From Mobula hypostoma (Eukaryota): DNA of 64,000 nt. This document shows positions 22,596 to 34,945 of this stretch, piece by piece. The position numbers and the translations under genes were made by a program. Below the pieces are notes generated by a model, which was given only the letters and a program-made list of their open reading frames with translations, had not been told where the DNA came from and searched no databases. Within the stretch, counting starts at the first letter, position 1. Each line of letters opens with the position of its first letter. Location: assembly GCF_963921235.1 (NCBI RefSeq), contig NC_086106.1, forward strand, positions 25,172,001-25,236,000. Reading direction: 5' to 3'.

Positions 22596-24308
22596 CGGTT
22601 ACATGATTAAAATGTGAAAAAATGCACTCTGTTGTCTCGCAGCATTGAAGATATCGAATCACCAGAATACATCATAAAGAATGGGACAGCACCTCTCTAT
22701 GTTTCGCAGAACATACCACTTCTCATTTTACAAGAGCAGCTTGACGCCATTCCCTTCTATCTGTTTTATTTCTTTTCATAGCATATGCACAGTATGAGAT
22801 CGGCTTTAATTCAAAAATTATTTCAAATTTAGGTTCAATAAGTTTTTTTTTTAATTAGAGTACGATAATATATGAGATACTGAATCAAAAGTCGAGATGG
22901 ATTGCACTTTCTAAGTCCATGCTTGCGAGATCGTCAGAGTTCGATAACATCGTCTGTTTAGGTATTCCTCATGGTAATACAATCCAGGATTGGTTTGATT
23001 GGAATGGATTTACATTTTTCCACAATGCCTATCTTAATGGGGATTTTGTTTACTTCTGATATCACGGTACTTTATGATATTTCAAAATCGTTTGTATTCT
23101 TGCCAATGATGAACGACACACACAGCAAACCAAGATGAAGTCGTCGCATGCCTCTACTCCCAAAATTACGGAATTGCATTTTGATCTTTTCGGGTTGTGA
23201 GTCATTAATCAAACCCTGCGGAAACAAGTCCACTAGGATGGTAACATCATATGCTGCAGAAAAATCGCAAGAAACAAGATGTCTTTCGGGTTTTATTTGT
23301 TTATTTCAGTTCTCCTCCTCAGAAAATAGGTGCGTGATAAATTCATATAAATTAGGCCTGAAATTCGCTGATTAATCTCAACATTCTCCGAAAGTAGATG
23401 TTGCTTATATCCTGTCATATACAAACGTATTTCTATGTATATCCATCGATCAGTTATACTCACAAGCTTGACGTTGAAGAACTTCATAGTCGGGAACATT
23501 CAGCCCTGGGTCAAGAGGGAAAAGCGCTTTATCGAGAGTTTCGTTTGTCCGCAGTTATAAACGACCGAAACGCTGGGAACACCCAGCTGGGGTGGAAGCT
23601 TCAGTGAAAATGGAAGAAGGAACTGTTCTCGTGAGAGAATAAGTACAGCTCTGCTGACATCTGGTAGAATATATTTTCTTTGTTCCTGGCGCTGTTACAT
23701 GAAAGTCACTGCCTGCTTCACGTCTCAACAGCTTATTCACAAAATGATCCTACTTCCATCCGCAAAATTAATTAGTAAGTTATTCAGAGAAAAGCTACTT
23801 GCATAGGCTGCATTTGAACAGGTCAAAATATCATGTACCTTGCTGCTTGCTCATGTCTGCTTTTCAGATCAATTCTGACGTCTCTAAGTTCTGCCAGATA
23901 TATAAAACAGAGTAAAGACTGTAATTTCATCTTTTCCTCCTCCCCGGCTTCGTTACCAACCATTTAATTCTGCTCACACCTTCTGCTTCGATGAGCAATC
24001 GCAATTTGATGACTGTCTTCTCCACGAGAATTGCCGCCTGCCCTGCACTCGTTTGCCGATTCGTGGCGCTTCGCTGTTAATGGCAGCTTACAAAGTATTT
24101 GACTCCTATGTTCGGACTTCTGTGGTCGCCTGTGCAGAATTTCACTTCCTGCATTTCGACTGAACGCTCCTTTGTGTTGTATATGTGGAGACTTAACACC
24201 TTGCGTTGCCTCTTGTGATTGGTCGGTTTGGCCAAGGTATGTGTATTTCTCCTATTGCAATGAGTTTCCACCTCGAGTCACTGAAGTACAGACACAAACA
24301 GAGTGAAT

Positions 24309-24783
24309 ATGGCAAACTGCCTCGCGCAGGTCCTCATTATTCTGTTCCTTCTGGGTAAGATATTCCTTCACTGTGTTATTCCAGACCTTCCTAATTATCA
24401 GTAACCACGTGTTTTTCTCTCTATTTAAGTAACATACTGTTCCAAGTAAAATTTATGATGTATTATTTATTTTACTGTTAGACTGGAGCCGTGAAGACGC
24501 AGTGGAACAGTCAGTAGTTGCAATGACGTTTGAAGAAGAAAGTAATATTACCCTAAACTGTACATTGAAAACAAGCAATGCATCCCCGTATGTTTTCTGG
24601 TACAGGCAGCGCACCGGACAGCGACCACAGTATTTAATTCGGATTATCGCCGGAAAAGTATACCGAAATGAGCATGTAACCGACCGGCTATTTGCCTCCT
24701 ATGATAAAAGTAAAAAATATACTGAACTGTCGATTAACAACACCATACTCTCTGACTCGGCCACATACCTCTGCGCGATGAGC
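24309..24783 (+). CDS. TRAV: TCR alpha/delta-type V segment V2 (leader 24309-24354, V exon 24482-24783), intact
   Basis: Leader MANCLAQVLIILFLL, 127-bp intron, complete V domain ending YLCAMS. Confidence 0.93.
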
Positions 24784-24821
24784 CACGGTGCTTAAATATC
24801 TGAATTATTCGAACAAAAACC
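24784..24821 (+). other. V2 RSS
   Basis: CACGGTG, 22-nt spacer, consensus nonamer ACAAAAACC. Confidence 0.95.
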
Positions 24822-25745
24822 CTCTTTAACAGTTTCCTCGAAAGCTCGGTAGAGGGCGAACAATTTAAGGCGAGCATAAATGCTGACTGAATCGCAAAGG
24901 TTTAGTCTTATGTTTCATATGATGTCATAGCTTGTTTCTCGCACCAGTGATATATGCAGTTGGTATTGTTACTGGATCCTTTCGTTCTTTGATAGTTGTG
25001 ACTGTGAGAAAAAATCACTTCAACTTAAGTGATTCTTATGTGTTACTTAATTTCAAGGACTAATTACCTTTTAAACGCCAGCGTCAGATTGTCCCTGACA
25101 TCAAGAAAATCTGGGTGTAATTGAATTCGCCGAGTTTCATTTTCGAAAGTTACCTCTAGCGTTAATTCCCGTACACGATCCATTGTGTTTACCGACAGTT
25201 TTAATTTGGTTATCACAACAAAAAATCAAGCCGCCAAATATTTGGTTGAACACATCAGTAATTCAAAACATTGTACAATTATCAACAGAAATGGCGCGTA
25301 CTCTCTGAAATTAGGTCACTTGATGATCAGGTGGGGATTTGGAGACAATGACACCCTAGGTTGCATCTTCGGAAACAACTCTATTTCAAATTTTAATATC
25401 TCTACTTTTTCCCTTTCAAGGTTATTTTTTACACCCTGACCTGCGGGTACTCGCTGTCGTCGGTTCGTTGCGGGAACTGGTCCGGCTCTCGGGGTCGCAC
25501 GACTGGCCGTTATTCGATATGCAAATAACACCTCCAAACAGATTAGCAAGTCTTCGGTGTTTCAGGATTTCGTGGCTCTGGAGGAGGGGCGGCCTCGAGG
25601 TCGGTGCCAGTGCAGGAAATCGTTGCGTCGTGGAGACGGAAGCTATCTGATTGTGTTCCAAGACACCCGAGTTCTTTGGGCACATAACCCGGTAAAAGCG
25701 GAGCCACGGACGTTTAACATCGTAATTCACTGAGTTGTTTGTTAA

Positions 25746-26684
25746 GCAACATACATCAAAGTTGCTGGTGAACGCAGCAGGCCAAGCAGCATCTATAAGA
25801 AGAGGCGCAGTCGAGGTTTCAGGCCGAGACCCTTCGTCAGGACAAACTGAAGGAAGAGTGAGTAAGGGATTTGAAAGCTGGAGGGGGAGGGGGAGATGCA
25901 AAATGATAGGAGAAGACAGGAGGGGGAGGGATAGAGCCGAGAGCTGGACAGGTGATAGGCAAAAGGGGATACGATAGGATCATGGGACAGGAGGTCCGGG
26001 AAGAAAGACAAAGGGGGGGTGACCCAGAGGACGGGCAAGAGGTATATTCAGAGGGACTCTGTCCGCCAGAGAAAGCAGGATCTCCCAGTGGCCACACATT
26101 TTAATTCCACATCCCATTCCCATTCTCACATGTCTATCCACGGCCTCCTCTACTGTAAAGATGAAGCCATACTCAGGTTGGAGGAACAACACCTTATATT
26201 CCGTCTGGGTAGCCTCCAACCTGATGGCATGAACATCGACTTCTCTACCTGCCGCTAAGGCCCCACCTCCCCCTCGTACCCCATCTGTTACTCATTTTTA
26301 TGCACACATTCTTTCTCTCACTCTCCTTTTTCTCCCTCTGTCCCTCTGAATATACCTCTTGCCCATCCTCTGGGTCACCCCCCCCCTTGTCTTTCTTCCC
26401 GGACCTCCTGTCCCATGATCCTCTCATATCCCCTTTTGCCTATCACCTGTCCAGCTCTCGGCTCTATCCCTCCCCCTCCTGTCTTCTCCTATCATTTTGC
26501 ATCTCCCCCTCCCCCTCCAGCTTTCAAATCCATTACTCACTCTTCCTTCAGTAGTCCTGACGAAGGGTCTCGGCCTGAAACGTCGACTGCGCTCTTCCTA
26601 TTGATGCTGCTTGGCCTGCTGCGTTCACCAGCAACTTTGATGTATGTTGCTTGAATTTCCAGCATCTGCAGAATTCCTGTTGTT
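25746..26684 (+). mobile_element. Truncated Penelope-like element with inverted 5' arm and 15-bp TSD (copy 45392-46331)
   Basis: GIY-YIG C-terminus PVATHFNSTSHSHSHM...LEEQHLIFRLGSLQPDGMNIDFS. 25746-26060 is the reverse complement of the 3' UTR. TGAGTTGTTTGTTAA at 25731-25745 and 26685-26699. Empty site at about 34433. Confidence 0.9.
26551..26590 (+). ncRNA. Minimal type I hammerhead ribozyme of the Penelope pseudo-LTR (copy 46198-46237)
   Basis: GUAGUC-CUGACGA-AGGgucucggCCU-GAAA-C-GUC|GACUGC. Conserved core, stem I of 6 bp with one G.U pair, predicted cleavage after C26584. Confidence 0.8.
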
Positions 26685-27196
26685 TGAGTTGTTTGTTAAT
26701 CTCGCTTCTCGCTGTGAACGGCAGACACCTCATTTTCACTTATTAGGAAGACAGAGAGGCTGTCGTATGTGGAATGACCGTGAGAATGAATAGTCTTTCG
26801 GGTACAGCAAGTCTGTGTGTTCAATGATGCTATGTTGCACACTTGAGTGCCCGGTAGAGGGCGGTGATGCTCTTTCGCTGGTGCGGGACGGGGGATTGTT
26901 GCTCTGCTGGTGATTAACCGTGCGAAAAGAGAGCTGCGGTGGGGGGCTTTCGGGTTTCAGCATTTAACTGTCTTTCATTCTGTGTGGCACACCTCTGTTT
27001 TCCTGTATGTTTGCGAAGAAATAGAAATATTCAAGGATGTATATTATATATATTAATCTGACATTACATGTACTTTGAAACTGACACCTTCCACGCAGAA
27101 TTATGAGCAGCGTTGACGCCACGAGACGTACTTGAGTGGAGCATTGTACTTGTATTTACAAACCTTACAGCAAGAGCCTCCAGAAACTCAACATTC

Positions 27197-28475
27197 TGTC
27201 CTAGAGGGGACGCTGGGAGCGGGCGCAAATGCAAGATACAGACACTGAAGTATCAGGAACAAGACAGGACTAGAGTTCCGGACGTAACAAGATGCAAACT
27301 AGCAGCTGGGACAAGAACAGAGACTTGGGCTAGGACATTGGCGAATCAGCGGGAGCAGGACAAGGAACTGGGAACTAGGAGCCTGGCCATGGACTCCGAG
27401 CCAGAGACTGGACAAGGACCCAGCAATGCGTAATGACTCGGCCTCGGACCGCGGAACTAAGCCAGCACATGACGGGGCTACAAGAGTAAAGATTGCTTGG
27501 GTTTCACGAGGCGAGGACATGACGAGGCTTGGGTTCCTCGAGGCGAGGACATGACGAGCCTTGATTTCGGACTCCAAGCCAGAGTCTGTACCAGGTCCTA
27601 GAACATGGGTCTTGACCTGGGCTCGCATTCCAGAACCAGACGAATACATGACGTGGTCTTGGGAGACATAACTGGAGGAGGCTACGGGACAGAACGAGAG
27701 AGGCCTTGGCAAGATGAGGGAACTCTAGCACAGGACGAGGCACATGGACAGGACGGAAACACGAAGCCTTCACTTGGAGAAGAACGCAGAGCATTTGTCA
27801 AGGGAGATAGGAACGCAAAGCCTTGAACTTCATAGAACAGGAACGCAGAGCTTTGGACTTGATAGAACAGGAACGCAGAGGCATGGAACACAGAGCCGGC
27901 ACCCCTCCTTGGGAACAGGACTTAGCACCGGGGCTCTACACAGAGTCAGGACCCCTCCTAGGGAGCAGGACGTACGGTCGGGACTCGTACACGGAACACA
28001 GAGAGACATTTCGCAACACGATGTAGCGGCAGACGGCCGGACCTACGCAGCGAATCCGCAGACACAGAGAGACAGTTCGAAACAAAAACAAACAGTTCCT
28101 TTTCTTGCTCCGGAATCTGAACTTGACAACAGTGCAGGCAAAGCTTGCAGGCAATGGTTACAGACGGGGCAAGTCTCCAGGCGGGGCGAGGCTTCAGACG
28201 AGGCACCACGAGGCAAGGTACCAGACACAGGTTGCTGGGCAAGGCTTCAGGAGGAAGGGACAGAGAAGGGATTCAGACAGGGGGTGTGGACAGGAACAAT
28301 CCTGCAACTTATGCTGAACCAAGGAACTATTTATGTAGCCAGCCCAAAATATGAATCAGCTGCCTAAATTAGAGCACACAGCAGAAAAGAAAAAGGAAAA
28401 CCGTGAAACCTGGAATAAGGAACGATCGGCCGGACCGTAAACCGCAATCCGGACTTCACGGACCTGACTATGACA
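27197..28475 (-). mobile_element. Solo LTR at the same site in the B unit (copy 46845-48123)
   Basis: Same flanks as 15600-16706. TSD CATTC/CAGTC. Confidence 0.87.
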
Positions 28476-29444
28476 CAGTCAGGATATAGTGCATGATAAA
28501 TCTATCTAGAGTATTGACTATCCACTAAAATCACCTTATTGGATATGCACGACTATTGTTATTAATATCTTAGTTGAGAGGCCACGTGGCCAAGTGGTTA
28601 AGGCAGGGGATTAGCAAGCTGAAGGTCGTGAGCCCCAGCCCCAGCCGAGGCACGTGTTGTGGCCTTGAGCAAGGCTCTTAATCAAACACTGCTCTGCGAC
28701 GATAATGGAACCCAGCTGTATGGGTCCTAATGTCCTTTCCTTGGACATCATTGGTGTCCTGGAGAGGGGAGACATGCAGCATGGGCAACTGCTGGTCTTC
28801 CATACAACGGTGCCTAGGGCTGCGTCCTGGAGAATGAAGACTTTCCAGGCGCAGATCCATGGACTCGTAAGTCTAACAGATACCTTAGAATATCATAGTT
28901 TCATGAAAATGCTTTCGTCGTGTCATATGTCGTATAATTGTCCCCTTTATTCTGTCGTTCAACTGGCAATATTGCCGATCATCAGACGCCACTGTACTGG
29001 ACCTTCCGATGAATTCGACAGTACTTCTTCGGCTAGCAGGTTGTCCTGATGCCTATACACTCAATTTTGCTGAATTTGTTGACGTAAATTATCAGCACAT
29101 TTTATCCTGAATCAAGTACTTTGTGCTGGAAACCTATATTTTGTGTTACTGGAAAAATAAACACTAAGTAATATAAATGTTATCATTCTAATTCCAGAAA
29201 TAAAGATTAAAGGAACAGCCTTTCCACAATGTCCTGACGTTTGTCAGAGTCTTCCATTCGATTGCGGCCTCCTCCTCCAGTACAGTCATTATCGAGATGG
29301 GTTTTGTAATAGCCCCCTTATATAAGCTCACTAAACTGCGCAGTAATTACCGCCGAGGCCGTTGTACTCACACCTAAAGTGTATTGCACCTCGTTTAAGC
29401 ATTTTATTGAAGTAATATCTAGTGTGGCTATACGTATATCTCAT

Positions 29445-29950
29445 GAGGACAGGGTGGTGAAGAAAGTATTTTGGCCTTTATAAATCAGAGCATTGAGTAC
29501 TGGAGTTGGGATGTAATATACAAACTGTACAAGGCATTGGTAAGGCCAAGTTTGGAGTATTGTGTATAGCTGTGGTCACCGAATTATAGGAAAGATATGA
29601 ATAATATTCAGAGAATACAGAGAAGATTTACTAGAATGTTACCTGGGCTTCATCTCCTAAGTTACAGAGAAAGATTGAACAAGTTGTGTCTTTATGCTTT
29701 GGAGCATAGAATGTTGAGGGGGGACGTGATAGACGCATTTAAAATTATGAGGGGGATTGATAGAGTTGACGTAGATAGGCTTTTTCCATTGACAGTGGAG
29801 GAGGTTCAAACAAGAGGATATGAGTTGAGAGTTAAAGGGCAAAAGTTTATTGGTAACAAGAGGGGAGACTTCTTTACTCAGAGAGTGGTAGCTGTGTGGA
29901 ACGAGCTTCCAGCAGAAGTGGTTGAGGCAGGTTCGATGTTGTCATTTAAG
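29445..29950 (+). mobile_element. CR1 3' fragment, uninterrupted in B units (copy about 49093-49598)
   Basis: RIQRRFTRMLPG...RGDFFTQRVVAVWNELP. Confidence 0.88.
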
Positions 29951-31153
29951 GTAAAAAAAAACACTTTTCTCTCTGTTTGTTTGTTTTTATAGTTAGTAAT
30001 ATATGAAGGAAATCAGACTTGCTTTAACTTCGTCCACATATGAAACATCTTTTCATCTGGGTTCTTGAGATGGAAGGCTTCGTCAAAACAGAAAATGAAA
30101 CAGTTACGCGGTAACTGGTGTTTACTTTGTAAATTCTTTACTTTTCATTTTCCAGATCTGCCTACCTGAGAGGTCATATGAAATTCATTCATGAAATGTG
30201 CGCCAAACTCGTCTTGACACATAACTAAAGGAGCGAAAACAACAAATATTTCAAGGAAACATTCTCAAAATGCCTGCTAGTATTAGATTAATTCCGGGAT
30301 ATCAGTTAATCCTCTTTCTATCCTACAGGGCTCTTTAACTTTTTTTTAAAGCTCGGATCTCCGATGCAATCTGGTCACTCACTCTGTATATTACACTGGT
30401 TCCTAATAGATTGGAATAGTTATCAGGCATATGACGAATAGTATGAATTCCTCTGCGTGCTGCACAATGTTGTCTGATTTGTGGATGTTTGTTTCGCGTT
30501 CACCTTCATTTTTGAAATAGAGGACGCGGTATGTTGTTTTTTTCATGGATTTACATTAAAATGGACAGCGCCACTATCTTTGATCGTGTCGCATTAATCG
30601 TGACCCTGCAGTGCCCTTGTACGTGATCCTATTTAATGTTGTACATACTCTCTCCATATTACAGCAACTACTCTGATGCTGTGCCGTACGACTGCTTTCA
30701 CTGTGGTCGTCTGACAAACTCCATGACAGTTACTGCGCACTTTATAGCATTCACAAATTTCATACAGGCATCTGCAGAAGTAACGAAAGTGCGGAGACAT
30801 AAAACCCGTTCATACGACCCCAGGTGCAAACGCCTTGGACTGAGTTATTGGACAATCTATTTTTATTCCCACGACAGAGAGTGGGATATACAATATTACC
30901 TTTCTTCGCAATGTGTAACCTGAAAATAAAGTAACCTGCAACATCAGGTGTCACGATGAATTTTAATTTATTTTTGACCAGTGGTAATTACTCTCAGATG
31001 TATCATTTTATCATTGCCTTATATTACCGCATTACCTTATATGTAAAACCCAGTGGAGCAGTTCCAACAACGCTCAGAGACTCTGTTCCCTGTTTAGTGG
31101 CCCATGTGTGCTTCACACTGTTTGTAACAGAGCCGTAATGCAGAAATGTACAC

Positions 31154-31477
31154 AATAGTTGTGCGGAGGTTCATCCACTCTCTCTCAATTCAATCTCCAC
31201 ACGGAAATACCAGGCGGAGTCAGTCAGCTGCACCGCTGCCATAGTCAGTAGCTGCTCCTTCACAATAACCGGACTGCAGCACTAAGGCGAACAGTAGTGA
31301 ACTACGCCGGATGTTCATAGAGTCCAGCAGCTGGTTACCGCATGGCAAACTCCGGTTGTCTGTCCGGATTAATTAGCGGAGTCAAAAAAAAAAGGAAAAT
31401 GATGCAGTGATGTTCTTTCATTTTTCTCCATGTGACCAATAACTTCTGTGGTGTTATTGAGTCGGCATTGTTCAATC
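31154..31477 (-). pseudogene. psiVa, A'-unit copy with intact splice acceptor (exon 31193-31477; copy 50841-51125)
   Basis: ttcttcaacag|GA TTG AAC AAT GCC GAC TCA ATA (GLNNADSI), PDRQPEFAMR*, RLSAAV, LTMAAVQLTDSAWYFRVE, then TGAATTG, 23 nt and ACAACTATT. Confidence 0.85.
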
Positions 31478-33024
31478 CTGTTGAAGAACAGGTTGACCCC
31501 ATACCGCTCTGTTTTATTTATTTTCTTTGGATATGCACAGTATGAGATCGGCTTTCATTCAAAAAATTATTTCAAATTTACGTGAAAAAATTTTTTGAAT
31601 CGGAGTATGATGATATCTGAGATACGGAATCACAAGGCGAGATGGATTTCACTTTCTAAATCCATGCTGTCGAGATCGTCACAGCTTGAAAACATCCTCT
31701 GTTTAGGTATTCCTCATGGTGATACCGTGCATGATTGGTTAGCATAGAAAGGGTTTACATTTTTCCACTATGCCAGTGACATCTCGATACTTCAGGATAA
31801 TTCAAAATCTGTTGTATTCTTGCCGATGATGAACGACACACAGAGCAAACCAACACCAAGTCGTTGCATGCCTGTGTTCCCAAAATTACGGACTTGCATT
31901 TTGATCTTTTCGACTTGTGAGTTATTAATCAACCCTGCGGAAAACGTCCACTGGGATGGTCTAACATCATATACTGCAGAACAATCGCAATAAACAAGAT
32001 ATCGTTCTGGTTTTATTTGTTTATTTCAGAGTCTCTACCTCAGAAAATAGGTAAGTGATTAATTCATATAAATTAGGCCGGAATTTCGCTGATTAATCTC
32101 AACATTCTCCGAAAGTAGATGTTGCTTATATGCTGACATATATATCTACGGATATTCATCGATCATTCATACCCACAAATTTGACGTTGAACAACTTGAT
32201 CGTCGGGAACTTTCAGCCCTGGTTCACGAAGGAGAGGCGCTTCGTCGAGAGTGCCGTTTGTCCGCAGTTACAAAAGACGGAAACGTTCGGGACACCCAGC
32301 TGGCGTGGAGGCCTCTGTGAAAATCGAAGAAGGAACAGTTCTCGTGAGAGTAATGCTAAAGCTCTGCTGACAGCTGGTGGAATATATTTTCTTTGTTCCT
32401 GACGTTGTTACGTAAAAGTCACTGCCTACTTCACGTTTACACAGCGAATACACAAACGGTCATACTTCCATCAGCGAAATGAAATGGTAAGTTATTCACA
32501 GAAAAGCTACTTGCATAGCCTGCATGTGAGCTCGTCAAAATATCGTGCGCCTAGCTACTTGCTCGTTTCTGCTTTTGAGATCAATTCTGTGTCTCTACGT
32601 TCTGCCAGATATCTACGACAGAGAAGAGTTAAGGCTGTAAGTTCATCTTTTCCAGCACCCCGGCTTCGTTACAATCCCTTTAATTCTTCTCGCACCATCT
32701 GCTTCGATGATTAATTGCAATTTGATGACAGTCTTCTCCACAAGAATTGCCGCCTGCCCTGCACTCGTTTGCCGATGAGTGGCCCTTCACTATTAATGGC
32801 AGCTCACAAAGTATCTGAATCCTATGTTCCGCAGTTCTGTGGTGGCCTCTGCAAAATTGCATTTCCTGCATTTCGACGGCCGCCCTTTTGTATTGTGTAT
32901 TTGAAGATATAACACCTCGCGTTGCCTCTTGTGATTGGTCGGTTTGTCCAAGGTATGTGTATTTCTTCTGTTGCAATGAGTTTCCAACTGGAGTCACGGA
33001 AGTACAGACACATACAGAGTGAAT

Positions 33025-33499
33025 ATGGCAAACTGTCTCACGCAGGTCCTCATCATTGTGTTTCTACTGGGTAAGATATTCCTTCACTCTATTATTCCAG
33101 ACCTTCCTAATTCTCTGTATCCACGTGTTTTTCTCTCAATTTAAGTAACATGCTGTTCGAAGTAGAATTTATGATGTTTTGTTTATTTTTCTGTTAGACT
33201 GGAGCCGTGAAGACTCAGTGGAACAGTCAGTAGTTGCAATGTCGTTTGAAGAAGGAAGTAATATTACACTAAACTGTACATTGAAAACAAGCGATGCATC
33301 CCCGTATGTTTTCTGGTACAGGCAGCGCACCGGACAGCGACCACAGTATTTAATTCGGATTATCGCAGGAACAGTACAACGAAATGAGCATGTAACGGAC
33401 CGACTATTTGCCTCCTATGATAAAAGTAAAAAATATACTGAACTGTCGATTAACAACACCATACTCTCTGACTCGGCCACATACCTCTGCGCGATGAGC
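33025..33499 (+). CDS. TRAV: TCR alpha/delta-type V segment V3 (leader 33025-33070, V exon 33198-33499), intact
   Basis: Leader MANCLTQVLIIVFLL, 127-bp intron, complete V domain. Confidence 0.93.
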
Positions 33500-33537
33500 C
33501 ACGGTGCTTAAAAATCTATATTATCCGAACAAAAACA
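33500..33537 (+). other. V3 RSS
   Basis: CACGGTG, 22 nt, ACAAAAACA. Confidence 0.93.
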
Positions 33538-34945
33538 CTCTTTCTCAGTTTCCTCGAGAGCTCGCTAGAGGGCGAACTTAAATGCTGACTGAATCCCAAA
33601 GGCTTAGTCTTATGTTTCATATGATGTCATAGCTAGTTTCTCACACCGGTGGTGTATCCAGTTCGTATTGGTAATGGAACCTATTGCTCTAAGATTGCTG
33701 TAAGTGTGAGAAAAATCACTTCCACTTAAGTGATTTTCATGTGTTAATTGATTTCACTGACTATTCACCTTTTAAACGCCAACATCTGATTGTTCCGACA
33801 TAAACAAAAGATGGATGTAATTAAATTCGCAGAGTTACATTTTCGAAAGTTACAACTGGCGTTGCTTCCGAGGCACGGTCCACGGTGTTTACCGACAGAT
33901 TTAATTTCGTTCTCACAAAAAAAAAAGCCTAAAGTCGCAATATTTTTTTTGAACACATCTGCAGTTTCAAACATTGTACAATTATCAACATGAATGGCGT
34001 TTACTCTCAGAAATTAAGTCGCTTGATGATCAGGTGGAGATTTGGAGACAATGACTCCTTAGGCTGCATCTCCGGAAACAGCTCTACTTCAAACTTAAAT
34101 ATCACTACTTTTTTTTCCCATTTCAGTGTTACCTTTACACCCTGACTTTCGGGTACTCGCTGTAGTCCGTTCGTTGCGGGAATCGGTCAGGCTCTCGGGG
34201 CGCACGACTGGCCGTTATTCGATATGCCAAGGACGCTGCCAAGCAGATCAGCACTTCTTCCGAGTTTCGGGATTTCATGGCTCTGGACGTGGGCGGCCTC
34301 GAGGTCGGTGCCATTGCAGGAAATCGCTGTTTCGTGGAGACGGAAGCTATCTGACTGTGTGCCAAGAGACCCATGATCTTTGAGCACAGAGCACGGAAAA
34401 GCGGCGCAACGGAGGTTTAACATCGTAATTCACTGAGTTGTTTGTTATTTCTCGCTTCTTGCTGTGAACAGAAGACACCTCTTGTCCACTTATTAGGAAG
34501 AGGGAGAGGCAGTGGAATGTGGAATTACCGTGTGAATTAACAGTCTTTGGGATACTGCAAGTCTGTGTGTTCAATGATGTTTTGTCGTACACTTGAGTGG
34601 CCCTGGAAGGCGCTGATGCTGCTTCGCTGGTGGGTGAGGGGGGATTGGTGCTCTGCTGATGCCTAACCGTGCGAAGGGGGAGTTGGGGTGGGGGGCATTC
34701 GGGTTCCAGCATTTAATAGTCATTCATTCTGTGTGGCACTCCTCTGTTTTCGAGTATGTTTGCCAAGAAGAATACTATTCAAGGATTTATTTTGTATACA
34801 GTTCTCTGACATTAAATGTACCTTTGAAACTGACACCTTCCACGCAGAATTACGGCCAGCGTTGACACCACGAGTCTTACTTGAGTGGAGTATTGTACTT
34901 GTATTTGCAACTGTTACAGCAAGAGCCTCCTGAAACACATCATTC

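Noticed and set aside
26851-26864. Second strong CTCF-like motif CCGGTAGAGGGCGG in B units (also 46498-46511)
   Set aside because: It coincides with the P-G-R-G codons of relic psiV5 FR2 and is poorly matched in A units. More simply explained as coding ancestry.
27744-28367. 207-aa ORF (copy at 47392-48015) and similar ORFs at 15779-16306 and 35225-36177
   Set aside because: They lie wholly inside solo LTRs, are not conserved between LTR paralogues and show no recognisable domain.
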